From NCBI GenBank assembly GCA_964553795.1, contig CAZKMR010000001.1:19230-83229 (forward strand): DNA of 64,000 nt, given 5' to 3'. Below are positions 38,400 to 47,894 of the stretch, in pieces. The stretch comes from an uncultured Bifidobacterium sp. Its GTDB lineage: Bacteria; Verrucomicrobiota; Verrucomicrobiia; Limisphaerales; JADLHS01. A model generated the notes under the pieces. The model did no database searches. It was not told the DNA's origin and was given only the letters and a program-made list of their open reading frames with translations. Both the position numbers and the translations under genes were made by a program. Each line of letters begins with the position of its first letter. The first letter of the stretch is position 1.

Positions 38400-38875
38400 A
38401 AGCGTGGTTGGAAAAATTCCGAATCTCAAACGCGGCGGATGCCGGGCGGGAGTTGCCGCTGAGTTCCGCCCGCCCCGAAGCGAAGCAATTTGTCGCGACC
38501 CTGCGTGAAATGGAGCGCGCATCACGGTGTGATGCGCCGGAAGTTCCCGCCAGCTTGCATCAGAACATCATGCGGGCGGTGCGCGCGGAGCAGCGCGGCA
38601 CGCAGACATCTGCGACGCACGGTTGGCGATGGGCGGTCGGTATCGCGACGGTAGCGTTGGTGGGAATCATCGCGAGTGATTGGTGGAATGATGTGCCTGT
38701 GTCAAAGGAGATGCCCGTGCCGCAACTCGCGTCGGTGACGCTGGTGCTGGAGAAAGGGCAGGCATTGCCACAGGCGGCGCCGAATGTCGTCTTGGCGCCG
38801 CTATCCAACGAATGGCAACTGGTGCATCAGGATGTGCGGAGCGCCATGACGTTGCTGGTCGCCAGTCTGCCGTGA
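38396..38875 (+). CDS. Putative anti-sigma factor (single-pass membrane protein)
   Basis: An ATGA overlap joins it to the ECF sigma gene. It has a short cytoplasmic N-terminus, a TM helix WRWAVGIATVALVGIIA and a small extracytoplasmic tail. Confidence 0.55.
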   Translation: MKAWLEKFRISNAADAGRELPLSSARPEAKQFVATLREMERASRCDAPEVPASLHQNIMRAVRAEQRGTQTSATHGWRWAVGIATVALVGIIASDWWNDVPVSKEMPVPQLASVTLVLEKGQALPQAAPNVVLAPLSNEWQLVHQDVRSAMTLLVASLP

Positions 38876-38965
38876 TGGCGGGCAGGCTGATCGAGGGGTG
38901 CTCGGCGCGATTTTCCCACGCAATTCCATTGACGGTGGCGGCGACGTCTCTAAGAATTTTGGGGC

Positions 38966-40180
38966 ATGTTCAAAAGTCTCATCCTCCGTCCGGGCGCAAC
39001 AAGCGCGTCAAGTTTTTCACTGTGGTCCCTCTTCCTTGTTATCGGGGTGTTGCTGCTGGCTACAACTGCGAATGCCAGCGACGACCGTTACTATCGGATT
39101 TACGGAATCATTGAGCAGGGCGACGCGTTGGCTAAGGCGGGACAGCGCGACAAGGCGGTGGCTAAATATGTTGAAGCGGAAAAAGGGCTGCGGGAGATCA
39201 AACAGTATTATCCGAACTACAATCCCAAACTGATCGCCGCGCGATTGTCCTACTTGACGGAACAAATCGCCGTTCTTTCCAAACCGCCCGTGGTCGAAAT
39301 CCCGACCGATTCGACTTCGGGCGCTGCGACTCCGACTGCGGTGGTTCCCGGACGACCGCAAATAAAATTGATTGAGGCCGGCGCGACGCCGCAAGAAGTT
39401 TATCGGTTGAAAGCCGAAACCGGAGACAAACAGATCGCGAATATTACCGCCAAGATCAGCACTGGCATGTCCGCACCGGGAATGGAGGGCGAGATGATGA
39501 ACATGCCGGCCATTAAAATGAAGGCGACCCTCACGATCAAAGATGTCACGACGGGCGGGGATGTAAACTACGAGGTGCGAGTGGATGAAGTGGACGTGGT
39601 GGCGGAGGCGAGCGTGCCCGCGCCATTGGTCGAAGGCATGAAGGCATCATTGGCCGGCATGAAGGGATTGGTGATAGCGAGTACGGTGACTGACCGGCTG
39701 CTGAACAAGAAAGTGGAGGCGAAAATTCCACCGGGCACGGACGCACAAACCCGCGCCAGCATGGAGCAGATGAAGGAATCTTTTGCCAATCCGGAATTCA
39801 TCCTCCCGGAGGAGGCCATCGGCGTCGGCGCCAAATGGGAGGTCAAGGAGAAAGCCAAGACGCAGGGCATGACGATTGATCAGACCACCACTCATGAGCT
39901 GGTTTCCATCGAAGGCGACACATTGATTGTAAAAAGCTCCACTACCCAAAGTGCCGCGAACCAAAAAATCCCCAATCCACTCATGCCCAGTTTGAAAGTG
40001 GACATGACCAAGATGACCGGTTCGGCAACGGGGACTTCGACCGTGAGCTTGAAGAAAATTCTGCCGGTCAAAGCCACGTCCAATGAACGCGCCGAATTGA
40101 ACCTGTCCGTCAATGCGGGGGGACAAAAACAGGTGATGACCATGACCACCGAAACCCGCAGCACGCTGGAGACCGAGTAA
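38966..40180 (+). CDS. Secreted hypothetical protein (TPR-like N-terminal segment plus a beta-rich domain)
   Basis: Signal/TM segment [19 protein letters not shown]. The body is Thr/Met-rich. Co-directional with the ECF/anti-sigma pair. Confidence 0.6.
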   Translation: MFKSLILRPGATSASSFSLWSLFLVIGVLLLATTANASDDRYYRIYGIIEQGDALAKAGQRDKAVAKYVEAEKGLREIKQYYPNYNPKLIAARLSYLTEQIAVLSKPPVVEIPTDSTSGAATPTAVVPGRPQIKLIEAGATPQEVYRLKAETGDKQIANITAKISTGMSAPGMEGEMMNMPAIKMKATLTIKDVTTGGDVNYEVRVDEVDVVAEASVPAPLVEGMKASLAGMKGLVIASTVTDRLLNKKVEAKIPPGTDAQTRASMEQMKESFANPEFILPEEAIGVGAKWEVKEKAKTQGMTIDQTTTHELVSIEGDTLIVKSSTTQSAANQKIPNPLMPSLKVDMTKMTGSATGTSTVSLKKILPVKATSNERAELNLSVNAGGQKQVMTMTTETRSTLETE

Positions 40181-40203
40181 TCCATGGCAGAAACGAACGC
40201 GCT

Positions 40204-41328
40204 GTGAAACGCAAGAAACGCATCGGGATTCTGACGGCGGGCGGCGACAGCCCGGGGCTCAACGCGGCGATCCGTGGCGTTGGCAAGGCGGCGTTGGACG
40301 CGGGGATGGAGATCATCGGGTTTCGCGACGGTTTTCGCGGGTTGGCGGAGAATCACACCATTCGCCTGGATAAACGGTTGCTGGCGGGGATTCTGACGGT
40401 GGGCGGCACGCTGCTGGGAACGGGGCGCGATAAGCCGCATCGCATGGAAGTCAACGGTCACGTGCGCGACATGCGCGAGGTCATCGCGCGAAATTATCGG
40501 CGGTTGAAACTCGACGCGCTGGTGTGTCTCGGCGGCGGCGGCACGCATAAGAACGCGCTGAAACTCATAGAGCGCGGGTTGAACATCGTCACGTTACCCA
40601 AGACGATTGATAACGATCTGGCGGAAACCGATACGACGATTGGTTTCGATACGGCCCTCGGCGTGGCGACGGTGGCGATTGATCGGTTGCATAGCACGGC
40701 CCACAGTCATCATCGCATCATCATCGCGGAAATTATGGGCCACCGCGCCGGCTGGCTGGCCTTGGGTGCCGGCATCGCGGGAGGCGCGGATGTGATTTTG
40801 ATTCCGGAAATTCCCTACGACGTGCGTAATGTGGCCGCGGCGATTCGCCGGCGCAAAATGCACGGCACGAATTTCAGCATCGTGGCGGTGGCGGAAGGCG
40901 CGATGCCGATGAAAGAGGCGGCGCAATTTGCGATTGCCGCGCGCCACAAAAAAGAAGCCAGCAACAAGAGCGAGAAAGCCAAAGCGAAGGCGGAATTGAT
41001 TCATTTGCGCGAATTGCACGCGGGCCACACGATGCGGTTGGCGAAGCAATTGGAGGAACTGACGCATTTGGAAGCGCGGGTGACGATTTTGGGTTACGTG
41101 CAACGCGGCGGCACGCCGTCGGCGGCGGACCGGTTGTTGGCCACGCGGCTGGGCACGAAAGCGGTGGAGCTGATCGCGAAAGAAAACTTCGGTATGATGG
41201 TCGCGGCGCGCGGCGATGAAGTCAGAGCCGTGCCGATTACCGCCGTGGCGGGAAGACTGAAGCTCGTGCCGCCGGATCATTCTTGGGTCACCAGTGCGCG
41301 AGATGTCGGGACGTGCTTTGGTGATTGA
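40204..41328 (+). CDS. pfkA: 6-phosphofructokinase (PfkA family; phosphoryl donor unresolved)
   Basis: [36 protein letters not shown] and LGYVQRGG are present. The usual GGDGS motif reads GGGGT. Confidence 0.85.
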   Translation: MKRKKRIGILTAGGDSPGLNAAIRGVGKAALDAGMEIIGFRDGFRGLAENHTIRLDKRLLAGILTVGGTLLGTGRDKPHRMEVNGHVRDMREVIARNYRRLKLDALVCLGGGGTHKNALKLIERGLNIVTLPKTIDNDLAETDTTIGFDTALGVATVAIDRLHSTAHSHHRIIIAEIMGHRAGWLALGAGIAGGADVILIPEIPYDVRNVAAAIRRRKMHGTNFSIVAVAEGAMPMKEAAQFAIAARHKKEASNKSEKAKAKAELIHLRELHAGHTMRLAKQLEELTHLEARVTILGYVQRGGTPSAADRLLATRLGTKAVELIAKENFGMMVAARGDEVRAVPITAVAGRLKLVPPDHSWVTSARDVGTCFGD

Positions 41329-41358
41329 AGGCAGGCTTGGTATTTATCCGGGACGTTT

Positions 41359-42285
41359 CTAGGGTTTAAAATCCAACTGCCAGTTTGGGTCGCGAACCTG
41401 ATAGTGCGGCAACTGCCCGTCGACTGGATTCTTGGGAATGCGGGGAAGATAATCTGGGATTAACTCGGTCAGTTGCGCGGGGGGCTTTCCTTTCTCTGCG
41501 GCGTAGCGGTGCAGGGCCAGTTCGACGATGAAACGCCGCCGTTGCCCGACGCGTTGCTGGTATTTCAGCTTTGCCTTTTCCAATGAGGCGCGCGCGGTCC
41601 ACCAATTGCGAAACCACTCAACTGGATTGTAAGACTGTTGCGACATGTGACTCATAAAAAGTCGCTCACCCGTTTCAAATTCATCCCAAGTGGCGGCGGT
41701 GGCATCAAATTTTTCCAAGTCGGCAATAATTTGGGTAGTATCGGTCGCGTTGAGTTTTGCGGTCAGGTTGGTGAGCCGATTGAAGGCAATGGCTTCGCAA
41801 GCGATGCCGACTAATCCGTGGATGAGAAATCCGCCGCGCGAGAGTTCGTCGCTGAGGGTGAATCCGCGAAGGTAAATTTGAACCGCGTCATTGGTGCGGC
41901 CTTCAAGTTCTGCGAGGCGTCCGAGGGCGCGGTTGAATTGGGCAATGCGTTTAGTAACTGCCAATTCTGTCATGGCCAGTGTTTGATTTGTGATAAACAC
42001 TACCATTGGCACATTGCACGTGCGACTCAGGCCCAACTCCAACAACCGCACTGCTTCAGCATTGGTGGCGACGAAGGCGCGCAGCGGTTCAAGCGGCATC
42101 TCGTCTGCATTGATCAGTTCGTCAGTAACGAGATTTCCGGCGGCAACTAAATCGTCGTAGCCATTGGGAGAGGGCAGGGGCGCAAACGAAAGCGGCGCAC
42201 GACTGCGGAGCGCGAGTGTTAATAGCAACAACGCGCTGATCAAGACCGCGAACGTGATGAGACTGAGTTTTCCCGGGAGGCGCAT
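41359..42285 (-). CDS. Hypothetical membrane-anchored protein
   Basis: N-terminal TM helix LSLITFAVLISALLLLTLAL. Helical body with no known motif. Confidence 0.55.
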   Translation of the reverse strand: MRLPGKLSLITFAVLISALLLLTLALRSRAPLSFAPLPSPNGYDDLVAAGNLVTDELINADEMPLEPLRAFVATNAEAVRLLELGLSRTCNVPMVVFITNQTLAMTELAVTKRIAQFNRALGRLAELEGRTNDAVQIYLRGFTLSDELSRGGFLIHGLVGIACEAIAFNRLTNLTAKLNATDTTQIIADLEKFDATAATWDEFETGERLFMSHMSQQSYNPVEWFRNWWTARASLEKAKLKYQQRVGQRRRFIVELALHRYAAEKGKPPAQLTELIPDYLPRIPKNPVDGQLPHYQVRDPNWQLDFKP

Positions 42286-42379
42286 GGCGGCAGAATGATG
42301 AAATTGGCCGGCGCGTCAAGGTTGGCAGTTCAACTTGGAAATTGGCAATCGCAGTTCCGCTTGTTAGCTTCCGCGCCGC

Positions 42380-43300
42380 ATGTCCGAGCCGGCCACCGCC
42401 CCGCCACCACTCTCGAAGGCGAAAGTCTTTGTGCGTCGTCTCTCCAGTACCGCCGTTTTGTGGACGGTGGTGTTGGTGGCGATGTTCTCGGGTAACAAAC
42501 TGATTTCCGATTACGTGTTCGCCGGCTTCATGGTGGTGCTGGCGTGCGTCGGGTTAATGGAGTTTTACGGTTTGGTCGCCAAACGCGGGCTGGTTTGTTT
42601 CAAGCTCTCGGGGATTATTGCCGGCGTCTTGATGATGGTGGTCACCTCGTTGCATTGCACCGGCCGGCTCGGACCACACGACAATCCCGCGCTGGTCAAC
42701 GATTTTGAAACCACCATTCTCATTCTGTTCGTGCTGGGATTGTGCGTGCGGCAGTTCGTGTCCAAGTCGAACACCGCCGGCATCCTGGCGATTTCCACCA
42801 CCCTGTTCGGGCTGATGTACGTGCCGTGGTTGCTGAACTTCATTCAGAAGATCAATTATTTCCCGGGCATCAACGACAACGGCAAATACTTCGTCCTTTA
42901 TTTCATTCTGGTGACGAAATTCAGCGACACGGGCGCGTATGCGATTGGGTCGTTGATTGGTAAACACAAGATGATCCCGCGCATCAGTCCGGCGAAAACG
43001 TGGGAAGGTTTCGGGGGCGCCATTCTGGTGGCGACTGGAGCGAGTTTGGCCTTCTCGCACTTTTTCGCGGCCCAGATGCCCGGCATGACGCCGCTACACG
43101 CGGTGATTGTGGGGGTCATTCTAAGTTCCACCGCGGTAGTGGGAGATTTGATTGAATCGCTGTTCAAGCGCGAAGCCGGCGTGAAGGATTCGGGGAACTT
43201 TTTTCCGGGCATCGGCGGCATTCTGGATCTGTTGGACAGCTTGTTGTTCAACGCGCCGATCATGTATCTCTATCTGCGTTACGTTCTCAATCCTTCATGA
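42380..43300 (+). CDS. cdsA: Phosphatidate cytidylyltransferase
   Basis: Polytopic membrane protein with the CdsA signature SDTGAYAIGSLIGKHKM..ISPAKTWEG and DLIESLFKREAGVKDSG. Confidence 0.85.
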   Translation: MSEPATAPPPLSKAKVFVRRLSSTAVLWTVVLVAMFSGNKLISDYVFAGFMVVLACVGLMEFYGLVAKRGLVCFKLSGIIAGVLMMVVTSLHCTGRLGPHDNPALVNDFETTILILFVLGLCVRQFVSKSNTAGILAISTTLFGLMYVPWLLNFIQKINYFPGINDNGKYFVLYFILVTKFSDTGAYAIGSLIGKHKMIPRISPAKTWEGFGGAILVATGASLAFSHFFAAQMPGMTPLHAVIVGVILSSTAVVGDLIESLFKREAGVKDSGNFFPGIGGILDLLDSLLFNAPIMYLYLRYVLNPS

Positions 43301-44442
43301 AAAACGTTGTTGTCCTCGGTTGCACCGGTTCCATCGGTACGAGCACCGTCAAAGTGGCGGAAGATTTGCCGGATCGGCTGCGGTTGATTGGGTTGGCGGC
43401 CGGCAATAATGCTGACCTGTTGATTGAACAGACGCGCAAGCATCGTCCGGTGGCGGTGTCCATCAGTGACCCGGCGAAGGCCAATGAATTGCGCGGCACG
43501 CTCGGCGCACATTGTGAGGTCTATTCCGGCGCGGAAGGACTGATCAAACTCGCGACGCATCCGGAGGCGGACATCGTGTTGATTGCCATCGTCGGCACGG
43601 CGGGATTGCAACCGGCGCTGGCGGCGATTCGGGCGGGTAAAGACATTGCGGTGGCGTCGAAGGAGATTCTCGTCATGGCTGGTGAAACCGTGATGAGCGA
43701 AGCGCGCAAACACGGCGTTCGCGTGCTGGCCGTGGACAGTGAACATTCAGCCATCTTCCAGTGTCTCGACGACAAGCCGGCGTCATCGGTGCGCAAACTC
43801 TGGCTCACGGCGAGCGGCGGACCGTTTCGCGATAAAACGATTTGGCCGAAAGAGAATTTTTCTGAAATCACCGTAGAACGCGCGCTCAAGCATCCATCGT
43901 GGGTGATGGGACGGAAGATCACGATTGATTCCGCGACGCTGTTCAACAAGGGGCTGGAGATGATTGAGGCGCGGTGGCTGTTCGATATCGAGATGGCGCG
44001 CGTCGGCGTCTTGGTTCATCCGCAAAGCATCGTGCATTCGATGGTGGAGTTTGTGGACGGCTCGTTGCTGGCGCAGTTGTCCACGCCGGACATGTGTTTG
44101 CCGATTCAATATGCATTGACCTACCCGGAGCGGGTGGCGAGCGAACGTGTCCAAACGGATTTCCCGAAAGTGGGCACACTGACGTTTGAAGAGCCGGATT
44201 TGGAGCGGTTTCCCGCGCTCAATCTGGCGCGGCGCGCGGGCGAGGTCGGCGGCACGCTGCCTGCGGTATTGAACGCCGCCAATGAAGTCGCGGTCGAAGC
44301 CTTCGTGAATCGCCAGCTCAATTTCCCGCAAATCACTGAGACCGTGCGTCGTGTGATGGAGGCGCATCAGGTGGAGGCGCATCCGTCGCTGGACCAGATT
44401 CTCGCGGCAGACGCCTGGGCACGGGCGGAGGCGGGGCGTTGA
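43297..44442 (+). CDS. dxr: 1-deoxy-D-xylulose-5-phosphate reductoisomerase
   Basis: VLGCTGSIGTST, LAVDSEHSAIFQCL, LTASGGPFR and NKGLEMIEA. An ATGA overlap joins it to cdsA. Confidence 0.95.
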   Translation: MKNVVVLGCTGSIGTSTVKVAEDLPDRLRLIGLAAGNNADLLIEQTRKHRPVAVSISDPAKANELRGTLGAHCEVYSGAEGLIKLATHPEADIVLIAIVGTAGLQPALAAIRAGKDIAVASKEILVMAGETVMSEARKHGVRVLAVDSEHSAIFQCLDDKPASSVRKLWLTASGGPFRDKTIWPKENFSEITVERALKHPSWVMGRKITIDSATLFNKGLEMIEARWLFDIEMARVGVLVHPQSIVHSMVEFVDGSLLAQLSTPDMCLPIQYALTYPERVASERVQTDFPKVGTLTFEEPDLERFPALNLARRAGEVGGTLPAVLNAANEVAVEAFVNRQLNFPQITETVRRVMEAHQVEAHPSLDQILAADAWARAEAGR

Positions 44443-44507
44443 ATGAATTGCCGCGCGGGATTTCATCGTTATACTTCTTTCGCTCCTTGGGGGCACACTG
44501 ATTACGC

Positions 44508-45932
44508 ATGTCCATATTAAAAGTCATCCTGGTGGTGTTGGAAGCGCTGCTCGCGCTGAACCTGCTCATTTTCGTTCACGAACTCGGGCACTTCCTTGCC
44601 GCGCGCTGGCGCGGTTTGAAAGTCGAACGCTTCGCCATCTGGTTCGGCAAGCCGATCTGGAGCAAGAAGATCAACGGTGTGGAATATGCGCTCGGCTGGA
44701 TTCCCGCCGGCGGTTACGTGTCGCTCCCCCAAATGGCCACGATGGAAGCCATCGAAGGCAAAACCGAGGAAAAGGCTGAGCAACTACCGAACATTTCGCC
44801 GCTGGACAAGATCATCGTGGCGTTTGCCGGACCGCTGTTCAGTTTTCTGCTGGCAATTATGTTCGCGGTGCTCGTCTGGCAAGTCGGCAAACCGGTGAGC
44901 GTGGTGGAAGAAGCACCCGTGCTGGGGTGGGTCGTGCCCGAAGGGCCGGCGTGGAAGGCGGGGTTGCGCCCCGGCGATCAAATCCTCGAGATCGACGACA
45001 AACCGGTAACCACCTTTGGCCCGCCGTCGCGGGATAGCATCACCTGGCGCGTCATTACCAGCGAGGGGGAACAACTCAAGATCAAGTATGAGCGCGACGG
45101 GCAAACCAATGTCGTTTTCGCCACTCCCGAAAAAGCAAAGACGAAATGGTATGAACGCCGCGCCTTGCGGATGATCAAAGTGGGCCCGGTCGAAACGGCG
45201 ATGATCTACAACGTCGCTTCGAACAGTCCCGCGGCGCTGGCCGGAATTCGTCCCGGGGACATTATCACCAAATTGAATGGCGAAGACATTTTGAGTTACG
45301 CGGAGGTGTTTCATGCGCAAGCCGGCCAGACCAATCCCAGCGCAGGCCCCGTGGAATTCACAGTGAAACGAGGCGCGGAGGAATTCACGCGCACGCTCGC
45401 CGCCGTCAAGCCGGTTTCCCCCACCAACATGCCGCCCTCATTTGGGATTCTGAGTTTTCAAGCGAATACGAACGTCGCCGTGAAATACCGGCATCCCAGC
45501 CCGTGGGAGCAGATCGAAGACAGCGCCGGTCAGATTTTCGCGACCATCGGCGCGGTATTTTCACCGAAAACTGACATCGGCGTGCAACAACTCGGCGGCG
45601 CGGTGATGATCATCCGCGTTTACAAAAACCTGTTTGAGAACGAAGACGGCTGGCGCTTGGTGCTCTGGTTCAGCGTCGTCCTCAACGTGAATCTCGCGAT
45701 GCTGAATATGTTGCCGCTGCCCGTGCTGGATGGCGGACACATCACGCTCGCATTGGTCGAAGCGGCGCGGCGCCGCCCCGTCAGTCCCAGATTGCTCAAT
45801 TATATTCAAAGCGGCTTCGCGATTCTCTTAATCACCTTCATGTTGTGGATTGCATTCTTCGATACGGGCGATTGGATTCGCAGCGCCCGGTCGGATCGCG
45901 AGCACAAAATTGTTTTTGCCCCGCAACAGTAA
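44508..45932 (+). CDS. rseP: RIP site-2 zinc metalloprotease RseP (M50)
   Basis: HELGHFLAA zinc motif, PDZ domains (GLRPGDQILEID; GIRPGDIITKLNG) and a C-terminal LNMLPLPVLDGG. Confidence 0.9.
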   Translation: MSILKVILVVLEALLALNLLIFVHELGHFLAARWRGLKVERFAIWFGKPIWSKKINGVEYALGWIPAGGYVSLPQMATMEAIEGKTEEKAEQLPNISPLDKIIVAFAGPLFSFLLAIMFAVLVWQVGKPVSVVEEAPVLGWVVPEGPAWKAGLRPGDQILEIDDKPVTTFGPPSRDSITWRVITSEGEQLKIKYERDGQTNVVFATPEKAKTKWYERRALRMIKVGPVETAMIYNVASNSPAALAGIRPGDIITKLNGEDILSYAEVFHAQAGQTNPSAGPVEFTVKRGAEEFTRTLAAVKPVSPTNMPPSFGILSFQANTNVAVKYRHPSPWEQIEDSAGQIFATIGAVFSPKTDIGVQQLGGAVMIIRVYKNLFENEDGWRLVLWFSVVLNVNLAMLNMLPLPVLDGGHITLALVEAARRRPVSPRLLNYIQSGFAILLITFMLWIAFFDTGDWIRSARSDREHKIVFAPQQ

Positions 45933-45942
45933 GCATTGGCTT

Positions 45943-47799
45943 ATGCGTTATTGCGATTCTCCCTACGTCTTCAAACGTCGCCAGACGCGCGAGGTGGTCA
46001 TTGGCGATCCGGCGAACGGGGGCGTGATCATTGGTGGCGATCATCCAGTGGTCGCACAATCCATGATCACCTGCGACACGATGGACACGGCGGCGAGCGT
46101 GCAGCAAACGCTTGATCTCGTCGCGGTCGGTTGCCAGATCGTGCGCATCACCGCGCCAACGGTGAAGGACGCGGCGAACTTGCAGAACATCGTGGCGGAA
46201 TTGCGCCAGCGCGGTTGCAACGTGCCGATTGTCGCGGACATTCACTTCAAACCCGAAGCCGCGATGGAAGCGGTGAAATGGGTGGAAGTCATTCGCGTCA
46301 ATCCCGGTAACTATGCCGACTCCAAGAAATTCGCGATCAAGGAATACACCGACGAGCAATACGCGGCGGAGCTGAAGCGGATTGAAGAAAAGTTCACGCC
46401 GCTCGTGCTCGAGTGCCTGAAGCTCAAGCGCGCGATGCGCATCGGCACGAACCACGGTTCACTCAGCGATCGCATCATGAATCGCTACGGCGACACGCCG
46501 TTGGGAATGGTCGAAAGCGCGCTGGAATTCGCCCGCATCTGCCGCAAGCACGACTTTCACAACTTCAAGTTCTCGATGAAGTCGAGCAATCCGAAGGTGA
46601 TGATTGAGTGTTATCGCCTATTAGTGGCGCGGCTGGAACAGGAAGGACCGGATTGGAATTATCCGATTCACCTCGGCGTCACTGAAGCCGGCGAAGGCGA
46701 GGATGGACGCATCAAGAGCGCCATCGGGATCGGCTCGCTATTGTGCGACGGCTTGGGCGATACGATTCGCGTTTCGCTGACGGAAGATTCGCCGCGCGAA
46801 ATTGAAGTCTGCCGCGATTTGCTCGCGCAGATTCCGTTGCTCGCCAATACAAAGACCAGCATTGCGGAAACGAGTTTTCCCTTTGATCCCTTTCACTTCG
46901 AAAAGCGACAGACGCCCGAGATTGAACTGAACGAACAAGTCAAATGCGGCGGCGAACAACTTATCCGCGTCGTCGTCACCAGAGCGACCTGGGACAAAGT
47001 CGCGCCGAAGATTCGTCCCAAGGACGATGTAAAACCCGAAGCGGTTTACGAGGATTTGAACGTTGCGGAGCTTGATCCGACTCAAGACTTCGAAATCAAC
47101 TGCGACACGCAACTGGTCACCGTGAAGGACGGCGTGAATTTGCCGGCCATCACGGCGTTTCGCTTGTTGGTCGCTAAATTGAAGCGGCTGGGTCGCAAGA
47201 ATCCCATTTTGCTGAAAGATTGTCTGGGATTCGGTGGTAGCCGCCGAGGTAACGAGGCGGACACTTCGATTGGCAAGAATCCGCCTCCTCACGTCGGCGG
47301 CTACGAAGTTCTTGAGCCGAAGATCGCTTTGCTTCGCGCCTCGGTAGTCATCGGATCATTGCTGGCGGATGGCATCGGCGATGCGATTCTCGTTCGGGGC
47401 GAATCGGGTGCGGGCCAAAGTCTGCGGCTCGCGTATAATATTTTGCAGGCGGCGGGTTGCCGCAGCTTCAAGACGGATTACGTCGCTTGCCCGAGTTGCG
47501 GTCGCACATTGTTCAATCTCCAGACCGTCACCGCGCGCATCAAAGCGCGCACGGAACATCTCAAGGGCGTGAAAATCGCCATCATGGGTTGCATCGTAAA
47601 TGGTCCGGGCGAAATGGCGGATGCGGATTTCGGTTACGTTGGCGGCGCGCCGGGCAAAATCAATCTCTACGTCGGCAAAACTCCGATCAAGTTCAACATC
47701 CCCGAAGCCGAAGCGGTGGAGCGGCTCGTGGATTTGATTCGCGAACACGGCAAGTGGGTTGAGCCGGAAGTCGAATTGGCGAAAGTAGAACAGTCGTAA
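45943..47799 (+). CDS. ispG: 4-hydroxy-3-methylbut-2-enyl diphosphate synthase, long form
   Basis: VRITAPT, IVADIHF, IRVNPGN, a C-terminal ACPSCGRT ... GCIVNGPGE Fe-S motif, and a large internal domain typical of long-type IspG. The start is ATG 45943. Confidence 0.9.
   Translation: MRYCDSPYVFKRRQTREVVIGDPANGGVIIGGDHPVVAQSMITCDTMDTAASVQQTLDLVAVGCQIVRITAPTVKDAANLQNIVAELRQRGCNVPIVADIHFKPEAAMEAVKWVEVIRVNPGNYADSKKFAIKEYTDEQYAAELKRIEEKFTPLVLECLKLKRAMRIGTNHGSLSDRIMNRYGDTPLGMVESALEFARICRKHDFHNFKFSMKSSNPKVMIECYRLLVARLEQEGPDWNYPIHLGVTEAGEGEDGRIKSAIGIGSLLCDGLGDTIRVSLTEDSPREIEVCRDLLAQIPLLANTKTSIAETSFPFDPFHFEKRQTPEIELNEQVKCGGEQLIRVVVTRATWDKVAPKIRPKDDVKPEAVYEDLNVAELDPTQDFEINCDTQLVTVKDGVNLPAITAFRLLVAKLKRLGRKNPILLKDCLGFGGSRRGNEADTSIGKNPPPHVGGYEVLEPKIALLRASVVIGSLLADGIGDAILVRGESGAGQSLRLAYNILQAAGCRSFKTDYVACPSCGRTLFNLQTVTARIKARTEHLKGVKIAIMGCIVNGPGEMADADFGYVGGAPGKINLYVGKTPIKFNIPEAEAVERLVDLIREHGKWVEPEVELAKVEQS
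47237..47304. repeat. REPIN-like inverted doublet inside the ispG ORF
   Basis: GTAGCCGCCGAGGTAACGAGGCGGA (47237-47261), an 18-nt spacer, then TCCGCCTCCTCACGTCGGCGGCTAC (47280-47304). The arms are complementary at 22/25 positions. Confidence 0.7.
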
Positions 47800-47894
47800 T
47801 TCTCAAGTTTCCCGCTGCTGGTTCGGCTTTTATTCGTTTCTGATCGGCTAAAACAATCTTTCTCCGCCGCTCGCGCTCCACTATTCTCCGCGGC

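Noticed and set aside
44508-45932. rseP (site-2 protease) in the same window as the TM-anchored ECF sigmas, considered as evidence of a functional link.
   Set aside because: rseP sits in the widely conserved cdsA-dxr-rseP-ispG synteny, so proximity here carries no information about the sigma factors.
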